From contig OZ024746.1 of assembly GCA_964016885.1 (NCBI GenBank), forward strand, positions 21,638,001 to 21,702,000: a stretch of DNA of 64,000 nucleotides, in the 5' to 3' direction. The position numbers and the translations under genes were made by a program. Below, in pieces: positions 12,604 to 25,166 of the stretch. Source of the stretch: Eledone cirrhosa. Lineage: Eukaryota. Position 1 is the stretch's first letter. Every line of letters starts with the position of its first letter. The notes under the pieces were generated by a model. It worked only from the letters and a program-made list of their open reading frames with translations. It had not been told where the DNA came from and searched no databases.

Positions 12604-13859
12604 TCAAACTCTAAAACTCTGTAGATATTTCATTCTTTTTTTGTATAACTTGTGTTTTCAATGTGTGAATAAGGTGAGGTGATAATGTTTCTGAGGTCTG
12701 TTGAGAGTTGTTGAAAGAGATATTATACCCGAGAGGATTTTTCTAGCTAAATTAGCTGAGGAATAACATATAGAGTTGTTATAACGAGAGTTGTTATAAA
12801 TTCCTTGGTGTGATACACTGGTGTTGGTAGTGATGATGATGAAAATTGTATTAAGCTAAGCATTTATTCAGTAAATTTATTCATTGCCAGATAGAGAGGG
12901 GGAAGAAAAGAAAACGAAGAAGAATTTTGTTCTTTATTTATCTATCTCAATGGGAGAGAGAAAGAAAGAATGAGAGAGACATTTTTAAGAATTTGTATTC
13001 TATAGGTATAGTGAGTATATGTCAAGAAATAGCAAATCGTAGAAAGATAGATCAATAGATAGTTAAATAGAGAATGAATGGGTGAAAGTAAGGGTTGTTA
13101 TGCTTAAAGCTATCTTAGAATATACAGATAGTAAAATTTATCTTGTGTTGGTTCAGGCCATCACTAGTTTCCTCGGGCTCTTCTTGGTTTTATTTGCCAT
13201 ATTTTTTGGCAAATACACTATAAGTTTAATTAGAAATTATTACATCTAATTTGTTATATCATATTATATCATATTGCTTGTGATTTAAACTCTTGTAAGT
13301 CTGAATATATCCACCTACTTTTACTCTTCTCCCTCCTCCTCATTACTGTTATTGTTGAAGAGGTTGATGTTGATGATGACGATGTGTATTTTAAATGATT
13401 TCATATGAAATTTTTCTTTTTTTCCCACTAAGTACACCTCTCTGTCTGTTCTTGAGGTGTGAGCATTATTATTTCTTAAGTAGGAAATTATGTCTGTTGC
13501 ATCTAATTTGTTGTATTGTGTGTGTGTGTGTGTTTGTGTGGGAGGACAATTGTTTCTTATTATGGTGGCACAGTGATATTCTTGTTTGTTGCAAAAGCTG
13601 GTATAAGACTAAGTGTTGATTGATCAGAATATGTGGTACATTTGTTGTATTGCTATGTTGAGAAGGTCATGTTTAGAATATTTAGTGTAAATATTTTGAT
13701 AATGAATTGAAAATATTGTTGTTTTTGAATATGTGACATGCTTATGTTTTAGATTGTTTGTAAAGTTTGAGTATGTTTTTGTTCATGCTCTGTTTTGTCA
13801 TGCTCAATATAGTGATTATAATGGGTCCTTGTTGTAGGAAAATGTCACACTGGGCAGGA

Positions 13860-14150
13860 TTTCTTTCAAACTAACTATAAAGAGGTCCATTAACAAACCC
13901 ACCAACAACGAGTGTCTAACGTCATGTAAAAGTGTTGATGTAGGTGACTGGGACACGTCACACGTCTCCCAGGTCCTGTATTAGTACACCTAATAAAGAG
14001 ATGAAGAGGACTGGTGGCAAACAATCGACAGGGACTTAAAACCCATCAACAATAGTTGGAACGATGTATTTATAGATGCAACTGACTGTGGTCGTTGAAG
14101 CACTTTGGCTGCCTTGTGCAACTCAAGATATAGGAGCTACTAAGTCTAAA
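13860..14150 (+). mobile_element. Degraded RTE LINE 3' end
   Basis: AGGTGACTGGGACACGTCACACGT (RWLGHV-R like), followed by a W...A.D...W...VAALC-like C-terminus. Confidence 0.55.
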
Positions 14151-14343
14151 TAATATAGAGGTGGCTGACAGACGACATCATTTGACAGAAGTAGGTCACC
14201 AACAAGGATTCTTGGAACCATCTATGCCCTAATTTCCCAATCCAATATTTTATTATGCTAATAAATGTATTTTTTCTTGACACACTGTGGTTGTTTGATG
14301 TTTATATCAGGCCTCTTACTGACTGTGAACACGGTACGTCAAC

Positions 14344-14642
14344 ATCATCATCATCATAATCATTTTTACATCCATTTTTCTATGCTTGCATGGGTTAGAC
14401 AAGTCCTTTTCAGCACAGCCTTTCTCCACTCATCACGTTCCTTCATCATTTCATGTGAGTCTCAGTGATTTGAGATCAGCTCCAACCACCTCTGCCCAGG
14501 TCATCCTTAGACTACCTCTGCTGCAGCTTCCTTCTGCCGAGATTTCCTGGCACTTCTTCACTCATTGATGATCAACCATGCACATCACATGCCCATACCA
14601 ATGCAGTCTTCTATCTTGTACATCACTTTGGACTCCTCTTAA
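14344..14642 (-). mobile_element. RTE LINE 3' end (family 3)
   Basis: (CAT)n tail; reverse complement encodes RRLHWYGHVM; matches 23150-23593 and 63680-63860. Confidence 0.75.
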
Positions 14643-14689
14643 CCCCATATATTTTTATATCACCTCTGTGATAATAGATTTCAAATACA

Positions 14690-14895
14690 CTGAGTAGTGT
14701 ACTTAACTGATGAAGCAGACATATGATCAATGGCATTCCAGTTATAAAAATCCTAATCCTTTTGTATATATCAGGGACTTAATCCAATGCCAAATGTACC
14801 CTACTTTATTTAAAACAATGGGGTGTAATTAGAAGGGATTTGGCTGCTATTTATAGCATGTCAAGTGACCATGCAAAGGCTCCTTTGTTGGCTCA
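14690..14895. repeat. Interspersed repeat containing TTTGGCTGCTATTT(C/A)TAGCA
   Basis: Same motif recurs at ~20745, ~21220, ~25410 and inverted at 26160-26330; class undetermined, probably a SINE. Confidence 0.55.
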
Positions 14896-14909
14896 TTACT
14901 GTGTACCTA

Positions 14910-15148
14910 TTAATCCTTTCATGACCACGTTTCTAATGAAATACAGTCTATTTCAATCAATTAATGAAGAAATTTGAGGGATTTATTAAAATTAATAATT
15001 ATTTCATTACTTAGATACTAACTTAATGTAACGTTCTTATATAAGACTATGTTGTAAGATTTTGATTAAACTGGAAATCTTTAAAATTGATGGTTCAATT
15101 TGATTGAACCAGAGCCAGTTGTGGCTGGATTGATATCAAAAGTGTTAA
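14910..15148. mobile_element. Degraded piggyBac-type MITE (family 2)
   Basis: TTAATCCTTTCATGACC ... GATATCAAAAGTGTTAA; related right ends at 4250-4272 and 38330-38348 (ATCAAAAGGGTTAA). Confidence 0.5.
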
Positions 15149-15493
15149 GAGTTAAATAGACACAGTCATTGAGGTTTAAGAGCCTGGGCAGAATGCTGTC
15201 CTGGTGTCAGGATATGAATGCCAACCGTCTCACTACTTGTCAATTACCAAATTGACTTACTCAAACCATTACTACAATCAATAAATCATGAATTCAATGA
15301 ATTTCAGCATTATGTATTTATTTTTCTCCCCATAAACAGTCCTTGTTGAGAATTTATGTTACTTAAAGCAAAAGAATAAATTATAAAGTATAGAAATCAA
15401 AATATGACTATTTATATATTTTTTCATCTCCTGATCTCCCCATTAAATAATCTATGAAAAGACCTTTCTGACAGCACAAAATGTTGTTGATTT

Positions 15494-15882
15494 ATGCATA
15501 TGTGTGTGTGTTCATATATGTGTGTATCTGTGTGTGTGTATGTATGTGAACATGTGTGTGTGCATGCACATGTTTGTGTCAGTGTGTTAGCATGTACATG
15601 TGTGTGTGCATGTAAATGTTTGTGTCAGTGTGTGTGGATGTATATGTGTATGCATGTATGTGTGTGTGTGTATACATGTGCATATGTGTGTGTCTGTGTG
15701 TGTGTACACATCAACACCATTTTTACGTCTGTTTTTCCATGATGGCCTGACTTGGATGAGACTGTTTTCACGCAATATTCTACCACCAGATACAAACACA
15801 CAATTTTTATATATGGCACTTAATCTACTGGACATGTTGCTTTTATGTGTGCTGATATATATGAGGAGACAAACATATGCAA

Positions 15883-15921
<39 letters not shown>

Positions 15922-16014
15922 ATAAATGCATATATACTTCTATTTTTATCATTAAAGGGTCTTCATTATATTTCATAAGCATATAGCATCGCCACACATG
16001 AGCACATCATTCTT

Positions 16015-16092
<78 letters not shown>
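15494..16092. repeat. Compound (GT)n, (CA)n and (TA)n microsatellites
   Basis: Direct reading of the sequence. Confidence 0.9.
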
Positions 16093-16099
<7 letters not shown>

Positions 16100-16280
16100 T
16101 AACAGATTAAAGTTTAAGCAAAGAATTGCTGCTTTCATCCTTAACGGGATCTTCTGAAACTAACAAAGTCAATCTGTGAATGCAGAAGTGAATATTTTAA
16201 AAAGGCGTTGCAACCGGAGGAAGACAGGAAGAGGATACTTTGGTTCGTGGAAACGTTCCCTGGCAAAGAATGCGAAAAAA

Positions 16281-16328
<48 letters not shown>

Positions 16329-16722
16329 TACACACATGCACATTTATAAATATTTATATATATATAAATGTGCATGTGTGTGTATAACAGCCTCCTAGCA
16401 TAATTAATGGGCAAGTGAATATGCAGTTTGTAGAGAATTTTATGCTTAATGTAACTCTCAGGGAGATTCAGTATGTCAGTATATTACACAGTCTGCAACA
16501 AGATTGGACTCCACCCAACAGCCTTCCAAAGAGTTTCTGTTTACTTAAGTTCATTTATAAAGCTTGAGTCAACCCGGGGCTATGGTAAATGGCACTTCTT
16601 CAAGATGCTACAAAGTGGGACAGAGCCTTGGCCCCTATGACTACATAGCAAACTTCTCAATCATTTCAGCCATGCTACGTATGCACACACATACACAACC
16701 CCCCCCCCCCTCTATCTCTCTC

Positions 16723-16758
<36 letters not shown>

Positions 16759-16786
16759 TGTATATATATGTGTGTGTGCATATATA

Positions 16787-17344
16787 TAGGGTAGGTAAAT
16801 AAAATAACAGGTAACACACAAACATCCTCGATACCTTCAATTTATTCAAAAATCTACTTTCCATTTTGCATTGCTGTCACCTTCAAATAACATGATAATA
16901 ATGGTTTCTTTATTTTATTTATTATTTATTTATTTCGATAATAATAATAATAATAATTGTTTCTACTTTTGGCACAAGGCCAGCAATTACCCAGTACATT
17001 AATGGTACTTTATTTTATCGACCCCATAAGGATGAAAGGCAAAGTAAACCTCGGCGGGATTTGAACTCAGATCCCGCCGAGGTTTACTTTGCCTTTCATC
17101 CTTATGGGGTCGATAAAATAAAGTACCATTAATGTACTGGGTAATTGCTGGCCTTGTGCCAAAAGTAGAAACAATTATTATTATTATTATTATCGAAATA
17201 AATAAATAATAAATAAAATAAAGAAACCATTATTATCATGTTATTTGAAGGTGACAGCAATGCAAAATGGAAAGTAGATTTTTGAATAAATTGAAGGTAT
17301 CGAGGATGTTTGTGTGTTACCTGTTATTTTATTTACCTACCCTA
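16787..17344. repeat. Perfect inverted repeat: 274-bp arms, 10-nt loop, containing head-to-head SINE A halves
   Basis: 16787-17060 is the reverse complement of 17071-17344; loop TTGAACTCAG at 17061-17070. Confidence 0.97.
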
Positions 17345-17480
17345 ATATTTTATGTCTAAAAACCCTTCATCAGAAAACTACAATGTAAAGCTGGCTTGGA
17401 GTTGTTTTGCATTATTGTAGCCATCAAATAACATACTACTTTATACACTAACACAATGCTTCAAGCAAATTATAACACCC

Positions 17481-17485
<5 letters not shown>

Positions 17486-17530
<45 letters not shown>

Positions 17531-17762
17531 CCGTCTTGTATCGCTGTCAACTTAATAATATTTTTTATTTTTTTATTTCTTAATCCTTATTTTTTATTTG
17601 CTTATTTGTATGTGACGGCCTATTATGATTATTTATTCTTATTTGTGTGTGTGCATATGTATCCTTTTATATGTGAGTACGTATGCATATGTGTATATAT
17701 GTGTGTATGTATGAGTGTGTGTATGTATGTATGTGTATGTGTATATATATGTATATATATGG

Positions 17763-17798
<36 letters not shown>

Positions 17799-17815
17799 AT
17801 GTATATATATATGTG

Positions 17816-17866
<51 letters not shown>

Positions 17867-17882
17867 TGGTGTATTTATGTAT

Positions 17883-17942
<60 letters not shown>

Positions 17943-17991
17943 ATGTGTCTCTGTGTATATATGTGTGTATATATGCGTGTATATATGTATA
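17486..17991. repeat. (TA)n/(TG)n compound microsatellite field
   Basis: Direct reading of the sequence. Confidence 0.95.
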
Positions 17992-18507
17992 TGGTTTCTT
18001 TGTGAGGAGGGTAACTTTGGACATCCTGCAGGACTAAAAACAAAACCTGTCAAAGGGCAAAGGAGCTCTTAAGAGTCAATGGCCATCCAAAATCACCGGG
18101 AGAGATGACACCTTAGCCTTTGTCAAGGCAGAATTCTAGGAGAAGGAAAACTCTGATATAACACCTGCAACCCTGATGGTATCCAATGATGTTGACTTGT
18201 TCTTCTTTTTGGTAAATATCATCTTGGTTAAGAGAGTGGGACTGGCTTTGTGCAGTGCCTTTGCTCACTATAAAAGCTTCACGGCACACGCATTGCTTTA
18301 TATCTGGAGATCTCTCTGCACTTGTCCTCACATGGTACCATGGGCCCAGCACTATGTGTCAATAATTGTCACAAGTGTAGTGTTTGTACCAGAGTTTTCA
18401 AGTCGCTGGCTGGACTAAAAAGTCACACTCGTTCAGTGCATCGGTAGGGGTTCTCCTACATGGATATAAAGTAGTGGCCGTACTCGAAAACGAGTTGGCA
18501 GCCACCA
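17992..18507 (+). mobile_element. Internally deleted (bipartite) RTE-derived element
   Basis: RTE 5'UTR-type motif GGAGAAGGAAAACTCTG at 18139, joined to C-terminal C2H2 finger HKCSVCTRVFKSLAGLKSHTRSVHR* (18370-18447) and a short 3' UTR; flanked by TA repeats. Confidence 0.65.
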
Positions 18508-18794
18508 TATATGTATATATATATGTATATATGTGTGTATATGTGAGTGTGCATGCGTATATGCGTGTGTGTATGCGTGTGTTGTAATATATTCTAATTT
18601 ATTATTCTCCCCCCTCCCTTTTTTTTTCCTCCCGCCTCACTTTCATTTCTGTTATATTTTTGTTTTTCCAATCCACTGTCAATAAAGACACCAGGATTTT
18701 TTCATTCTGATGAATGAAAGCAATTTTGGTTGCTTTCAAGAAACCACTGGTAAATGAAATAATTATCTTATGTTGTTTATTACATAACACACAT

Positions 18795-18831
<37 letters not shown>

Positions 18832-19132
18832 TACTTATTTAGTGTTCTATCTAATCAAGATAGGATTTACAACTATTTTAGAACTCAGTGTAGTCTTGAT
18901 TTGAATATACCATCAAAGCAAAGCGAAATCTGTTTGTTTGTGGAAAAATGATATTCCTGTATATGTTTTGTTGAATATTTAAAACTACAGAGTCAGATAT
19001 ATAATGTTAAACACTGAAAGAATAAATCAAGTTGAAGTATTTAATTTATCCATTCTTTTACGATCATTTGATTTCTTCATTAGAACAGATTTAGAATGAT
19101 ATTTACTCAGTGAATATTTATCTCAGAGAAAA

Positions 19133-19305
19133 TCATCATCATCATCATCATCATCGTTTAACGTCCATCTTCCATGCTTGCATGGGTTTGGACGGGAATT
19201 TTCCAACTTGAGGCAAGATTGGTTGTCTTGATCGTATAGGACTGTCTGGCGGGTTTTCTGCAGCTGGATGCCCTTCCTAACACCAACCACGTTTACAGTG
19301 TGGAA
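19133..19305 (-). mobile_element. RTE family 1 3' end (5'-truncated)
   Basis: Nearly identical to 27790-27950 with (ATC)n tail. Confidence 0.9.
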
Positions 19306-19499
19306 AACAATATATATATATATCTCTTTACTTACCATTATCATGAATGCAGTAATTAAGTATAAGCCGCCACAAGAGATCCAAGATGGATTTTATGTCT
19401 CCTTTTAGAATATCTGGAAAAAAGGAATTTCAAAGAAACATAACAAAGCATACAAACAAATTGACTAAATAATAATAACAATATTATTATTAATAATAA

Positions 19500-19720
19500 T
19501 AATAATGATTTCTGATTTAGGGACAAGGCCAACAATTTTGGGAGGAGGAAAGTCGATTAAATCAACCCCAGTGTATTAGTGGTACTTTGTTTTATCAATC
19601 CCATAAGGATGAAGAGCAAAGTTAACCTCTACTGGATTTGAACTCAGAAAATAAAGGCACATAACTCTATGAGAGAAAGCTTGCTGCCCTATGCTCTAAC
19701 AACTCAGGCAATGTCACCCT
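19500..19720 (-). mobile_element. SINE family A (long-tail subfamily)
   Basis: Tail GATTTAGGGACAAGGCCAACAATTTTGGG, core, and B-box reverse complement GGATTTGAACTCAG. Confidence 0.8.
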
Positions 19721-19746
19721 TATAATGATAAAAATACTAATAATAA

Positions 19747-20322
19747 TTGCAAGTGTTTATATGTAGCTGCTTGGTACAGAAAGAGTATAAGCATTGCCAT
19801 GATTGTGTAGCTATGGCTTTGCACTGGATCATCTTGTATCAACGATGGTTTGAAGTGAATGGAAAATGGTATCAATTAGATATAGAGAGTGTTGTTGAAA
19901 ATATCTTCAAAGTACACTGGGATTTCACTACCCAAATAAACTATGAAATACATGCTGGATGATCTGACATAGTTATTATAGATAAATGCCAAAAGAATGA
20001 ATAATTGTTGACATAGCCATTCCTGCTGATCTGAATGTGACCAAACAGGAGCTGAAAAACATTGAAAAGTGCCAGGGTCTTGCTAGGGAGATAAGGAAAT
20101 TGTAGAATATTTCTGTAAAAGTAACCCCGATTGTTATTGGTATATTAGGGACTGTTACCAACAGAACTAAAAGATTCATGAAAGACAGGAGTAACAATAA
20201 ATGTAACATTCATCCAAAAGTCTGCCTTACTGGGTACAGCAAGAATTATCAGAAAGGTCTTTGATCTCTAAAGAAACAAGTTGTCATCCACCCTTAAGAA
20301 CAAACATTTCAACTTATTTGTG
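19747..20322 (+). mobile_element. R4/Dong/NeSL-type LINE 3' fragment (CCHC + RLE domain)
   Basis: CSCLVQKEYKHCHDCVAMALHW...WY...HWDFTTQ, then PD..D region (DIVII..IVDIAIPAD)..PIVIGILG. Confidence 0.8.
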
Positions 20323-20334
20323 TGGTGGTGATGA

Positions 20335-20695
20335 TCTGCTTATTTGCCACAAAGGGTTTTGCAAAAAAAAAAGAAAAATACATTAAGAACAGTAGAAATA
20401 TGATATAGTGTAGGTTATTGGAGATGTGTAAAAACACAAAGTAATAAAAACAAAAACAAATATGGTAACAAGAATATTCAAACAATGCATTTCCCAAAAT
20501 GGAGGAAACCTTTGAAGGATACTTATGGAAAAATGCACAAAATACCATTGTCATCCTGACCACCAAAGCAAATGCCTTCTCCCAGTTATCTTCCCCCAAT
20601 CTATAGGTGCTTGGTCAAAGCAGTCTTATTTACTCTAATCATGCTTGCCACTCTCATCTCTCCATCAACAAATTTGCTTGGAAGTTGATCTCTCT
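20335..20695 (-). mobile_element. Tx1/L1 3' UTR fragment
   Basis: Similar to 43660-44030 (CTGACCACCAAAGCAAATGCC..TCCCAGTT; TTATTTGCCACAAAGGGTTT terminus). Confidence 0.6.
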
Positions 20696-20834
20696 CTTCA
20701 TTCAATGCTGAAGATCGAAGTTTTCAATAATGATTTAGGGGGGATATTTGGCTGCTATTTCTAGCAAACCGAACAGCTGTATAGAGTATCTCTGTTTTGG
20801 CTCATCTGGTGGTAGTATTGTTATTATTGGTGAA

Positions 20835-21056
20835 GGCCATTGATTGGAAGCATCGGTAGAGCATCAGACAACGTGCTTTGTTGCATTCAGTTACAACCCC
20901 TTATTTTCTTAGCTCAAATCCCATCAAGGTTAGCTTTGCCTTTCATCCTTACAGGGTCGATAAAATAAAGTACCAGAAATGCACTGGGGTCGATTTAATC
21001 GACTTTCCCCTCCCCCAAAATTGTTGGTCTTGTACCTAAATCAGAAGCCATTATTG
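20835..21056 (+). mobile_element. SINE family A
   Basis: A-box-like head, TTAGCTTTGCCTTTCATCCTTACAGGGTCGATAAAATAAAGTACCAG core, ATT tail. Confidence 0.85.
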
Positions 21057-21714
21057 TTGAAGGCAGTGGCATTCTTTGTTTGTAATTTTATTAGCTTCAC
21101 CTCAGCTCTGACGGTGCAAAAATATATAGAAATCGATTCAAGTTAGGATCATCCAGATTTTATTTGATTTTAGATATATATGTTCTCTCTCCTTTGAAAT
21201 TGTAGGACATAACTTGAGGGAGTTCTTGGTTGTTTTTCCTAGTGAGTTCAATGACCTAAAGGACCTCTCACTGGTTCAGCAAATATGAAATGTTAACGGA
21301 GATTCTTCTTTTCTTCTAATATTCTTTTAAACTATCTTACTTTACTTTATCCCATTATTTCACTATTTCTCCCTGTCATATTCTTGTTCATCTAGTATTT
21401 TCTTCTACCTTTCTTCCTTTCTTTCTGTCAATCTTTATTTTTTCTTTACTTGTGCATCTCATATATCCATTATACAATCTTTACGTTTCATTTCTTGTTC
21501 ATATTTCTCTTTGAAAAGATTATGTTACCAATTACTTATTTGATTGTTTGCTTGTTTTTCAATGAGTCTATGTATTTTCTGCTATATACATTTAGCTATA
21601 GAAATAATCTTGCTAAGTATTTAAAAAGCAGAATAATATACTTTAAATATATCACTGCAAAGCACGTTTTCATTTCAAAATTCATTCAAAATGTTTGTAT
21701 ATGATACCTTTGTT

Positions 21715-22265
21715 GATATCACAGTAAAAAATGGAGAAATGTTGAAAGTTGTTGATAACTTTAAATATCTACGATCCTGGGCCCAAATTTTTGGAAAAGA
21801 CTTCTCAGTAAAAAAAAGTGGACAGCATGCCATAAATTACATAAGCTGCCAAAAAGACTGAAGGTTAGATTGTTTGTGGCTATAGAAGAATCTGTTTTCC
21901 TTTATGGAGCATGAACATGGACACTTATAAAAGCCTTAAACAAACAATTCGATGAATGCTACACCAAAATGCTTAGAATGGCACTCAATGTGTCATGGAG
22001 AAGCCATGCAGAACTTTATGATGATCTTCCAAAGTTTCATTAAAAGTTCAACAAAGAAGGGCATGACTTGCAGGCCACTGCATCAGACACAATGATGAGG
22101 TGGCAAACTAGTTAGGATTCAGACAACATATTGAGGGAAGAACCTGAAAAGAAAGGAGAAAATTCATATGTGGACACTCTGCTAGCCCATCATGAATGAC
22201 TGAGGTGAATAGAAGTGATGTGGGGAATCAGTGTGGCATCTCATTGAACTACCGAGGATAGGATA
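21715..22265 (+). mobile_element. Degraded RTE-clade LINE fragment (post-RT region, distinct family)
   Basis: GEMLKVVDNFKYL...LKVRLFVA.EESVFLYGA.TWTL...DECYTKMLRMALNVSWRSH...LAGHCIRH. Confidence 0.8.
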
Positions 22266-22424
22266 GGATGTATGTATGTATGCAATCATATATGTGGTCC
22301 TTTCATTCCTTGGTACAAAGCACATTTTGTATTACTCAGATATTCTTTCTGTGTATATTTGTGTATGTCTATATAAGTATGTATATTTATATGTACATAT
22401 ATATGTATAAAAGGACATAGTTTA

Positions 22425-22625
22425 TTGGTTAGTGTTTGGGGCTCATGGACACAAGTTTGTGAGCTCGATTCCTGCCAGTATTTTGTCCACTCAGCTTGAA
22501 AAATAAGTTGAACTTGTATTTCAATGGGTTAGCCTTGTCACATTCTGTGTCATGCTGAATCTCCCTGAGAACTACGTTAGGGATGCATGTTTCTGAGGTA
22601 TTCTTAGTCACATGCAGACTCTTCT
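22425..22625 (+). mobile_element. tRNA-derived SINE (family B-related)
   Basis: GAGCTCGATTCC B-box, CCACTCAGCT core, tail CCCTGAGAACTACGTTAGGG (related inverted piece at ~16440-16480). Confidence 0.6.
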
Positions 22626-23149
22626 ACTCTTTGAACAACTGGAACAATTGTCATCAGAACCACTAAAAGGTAGAAATGTATAGTAGAGAGTGCTGTTTAG
22701 TTTTGTTGAAGATATGCCATGGTGCCATAATAAAATGTATCAAATAGTGGTTAGTGTTTGGAAGGGCATAACCATAGACATTATTCCAAAAACGAAGCAT
22801 AAGAATAAGTTTCAGAACCTTTGTCTACTCATGCTTATGGAAGTAAATCAAATCCATATGCCACCACCATAAAAGAAACTAAAGGGTCAGTCTGCTTCAT
22901 GGTCATGGCTGACAGAATAGAGAAGATCTTGTCCCAGAGGACAGCAACGAAGACGTGCTGGAACAGAGCTCACAATTTTGAGTAGCCAACTCTGCTTCAA
23001 TAGCAGGGAGCAGGGATGTGGTCCAGGGGCCAAGTGTAAATTATTTTTTTATATTTCAGTATCTCAAAGAAGAGCAGTAATACAGTAAAGAACTCAATAC
23101 ATTAGAAGGTAAAGTATAATATATTCATTTTCAAAGTATAATATATTTA

Positions 23150-23593
23150 TACCTGTGTGCAAAGTGTGATGCTGCATAGTAAGGAAGCACAGATAGTGGC
23201 TGCAGTGGACATACGTAGAATAGAGAGAAATGAAGCAACCATGCTTCAGTGGATGTGCAATGTAAATGTAAGAGAAAGGCAGAGCTGGGATAAAGTGAGG
23301 GGAAAACTGGGTTTAAGAGGAATCTGAAGTGGTGTGCAAGAGAGAAGACTGCATTGGTATGGGCATGTTATGTGCATGGATTATGAGTGCTAGGAGAAGT
23401 GCCAGGAAATCCCAGTGGTAGGAAGCCACAATAGAGGTAGACCAAGAAAGACCTGGATGTGGGTGGTGAAAGCTGATCTCAAATCATTGAAACTCAGAGG
23501 AGATGATGAAGAATTAGTGGAAAGATGTTGTGCTGAAAGGGATTGTCCAACCCATGCCAGGGTGGAAAAACAAATGTAAAAATGATGATGATG
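23150..23593 (+). mobile_element. RTE LINE 3' fragment (family 3)
   Basis: MLQWMCNVNVRER...VQERRLHWYGHVM...RGRPRKTW; (GAT)n tail. Confidence 0.85.
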
Positions 23594-23811
23594 TCTGGCA
23601 ATGTCTGACATCAGTACTAATGTTTCAAATCTATTGAACTCTCCTCAAGGATACAGTTATTTCTCACATTTTGTTTGAAAATCAGAGACATAAATCTCTG
23701 AGACAAAAAATTTCAATATATTAATAAGTATTTTTGACATTCTACTTCCAATATCAAATGTTTTCATTTCGTTTCTTGTTTAAACTAAATATTTATAGTC
23801 ATGTGTTGGCG

Positions 23812-24100
23812 TGCACACACATACACACACACAAACAGACATACACATATACAAACAGACACAGACACAAATACACGCACACACACACACAGACACAGAC
23901 ACAAACAGACATACACACATACAAACAAACACAAATACACACACACACACACACACACAAACAGACATACACACATACAAACAAACAAACACAAATACAC
24001 ACACACACTCAGGCACTCAGAGACACAAACAGACATACACACATACAAACAAACGAACACCAATACACACACACGCACACGCACACACACACACATATAC
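23812..24100. repeat. Degenerate (CA)n with higher-order ACAAACAGACATACACACAT repeat
   Basis: Direct reading of the sequence. Confidence 0.95.
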
Positions 24101-24254
24101 AGACAATAGTTAGCAAAGTAATTTATTTAATTCATGGTTTTATATCTTATTGGTCTGGAAAAAATGTTTTCTTTTAATTTTTTTTCTGTTTAATGTGTCT
24201 GTTTCAATACAATTACTTTATAACCCACAGAAAGTTTATTTATCATAAATGGTG

Positions 24255-25166
24255 GTAATTAATGGTTTCTGGTTAACAATTTAGTGGGAGAGGAAAGTCA
24301 ATGAACCAGTGTGTAACTGGTACTTTACTTTATTGACCCTGTAAGAATGAAAGGCAAAGCTAACTTCTGTGGAATTTGAACTCAAAATGTAAAAGAATCT
24401 AAGTGTATGCCGCAAAGCTCTATAATAATAATTGTTTCTACTTTTGGCACAAGGCCAGCAATTACCCAGTGCATTACTGGTACTTTATTTTATCGACCCC
24501 GTGAGGATGAAAGGCAAAGTTAACCTCGGCGGGATTTGAACTCAGAATGGCAAGGGCCGTAACTCTATGCGTCAAAGCATGGCGCCCGACTCTCTACCGA
24601 TACTGCCAATCCAAAGCAAGGAATTCAGTTAACAACGACTGTTGTGTCATCATCATCAGCTGCAGCATAATCATCATCAATAACATCCTGTATGGATGAA
24701 AAGCAAAGCTAACGTAGGCAGGATTTGAACTCAGAACATGGACATAACTATAAGCTGCAATATATGCCAATACTGCTGTTAATCCACTGCCTTAATGATG
24801 GTAAATAATTGTTTCTACTTTTGGCACAAGGCCAGCAATCACCCAGTACATTACTGGTACTTTATTTTATCGACCCCGTAAGGATGAAAGGCAAAGTTAA
24901 CCTCGGTGGGATTTGAACTCAGATTAATGATGGTAAATAATAATTTCTACTATAGGCAAAAGACTAGCAATTTGGGGGAAGGGGAAAGTTGATTAAATCA
25001 ACCCCAGTGCATTACTGGTACTTTATTTTATCGACCTCGTAAGGATGAAAGGCAAAGTTAAACTCAGCGGGATTTGAACTCAGAACGTAAAAGGCCATAA
25101 CTCTATGCTTCAAAGCATGGTGTCTGATGCTCTACCGATAATTAAAAAATGATGATGGTAAATAAT
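24255..25166 (-). mobile_element. Array of about five SINE family A copies
   Basis: Full young copy at 24425-24613; truncated copy 24810-24923 between identical TTAATGATGGTAAATAAT target copies. Confidence 0.9.

Noticed and set aside
12050-13800. Possible ancient L1 endonuclease/ORF1 remnants on the minus strand (also ~35950-36470, ~57960-58260, ~60900-61300)
   Set aside because: Only faint motif hints with many stops; cannot be delimited without a profile search
14265-14333. Signal-peptide-like ORF ending at a GTACGT donor
   Set aside because: Phase 0 does not fit the downstream candidate exons; such short hydrophobic ORFs are common in AT-rich DNA
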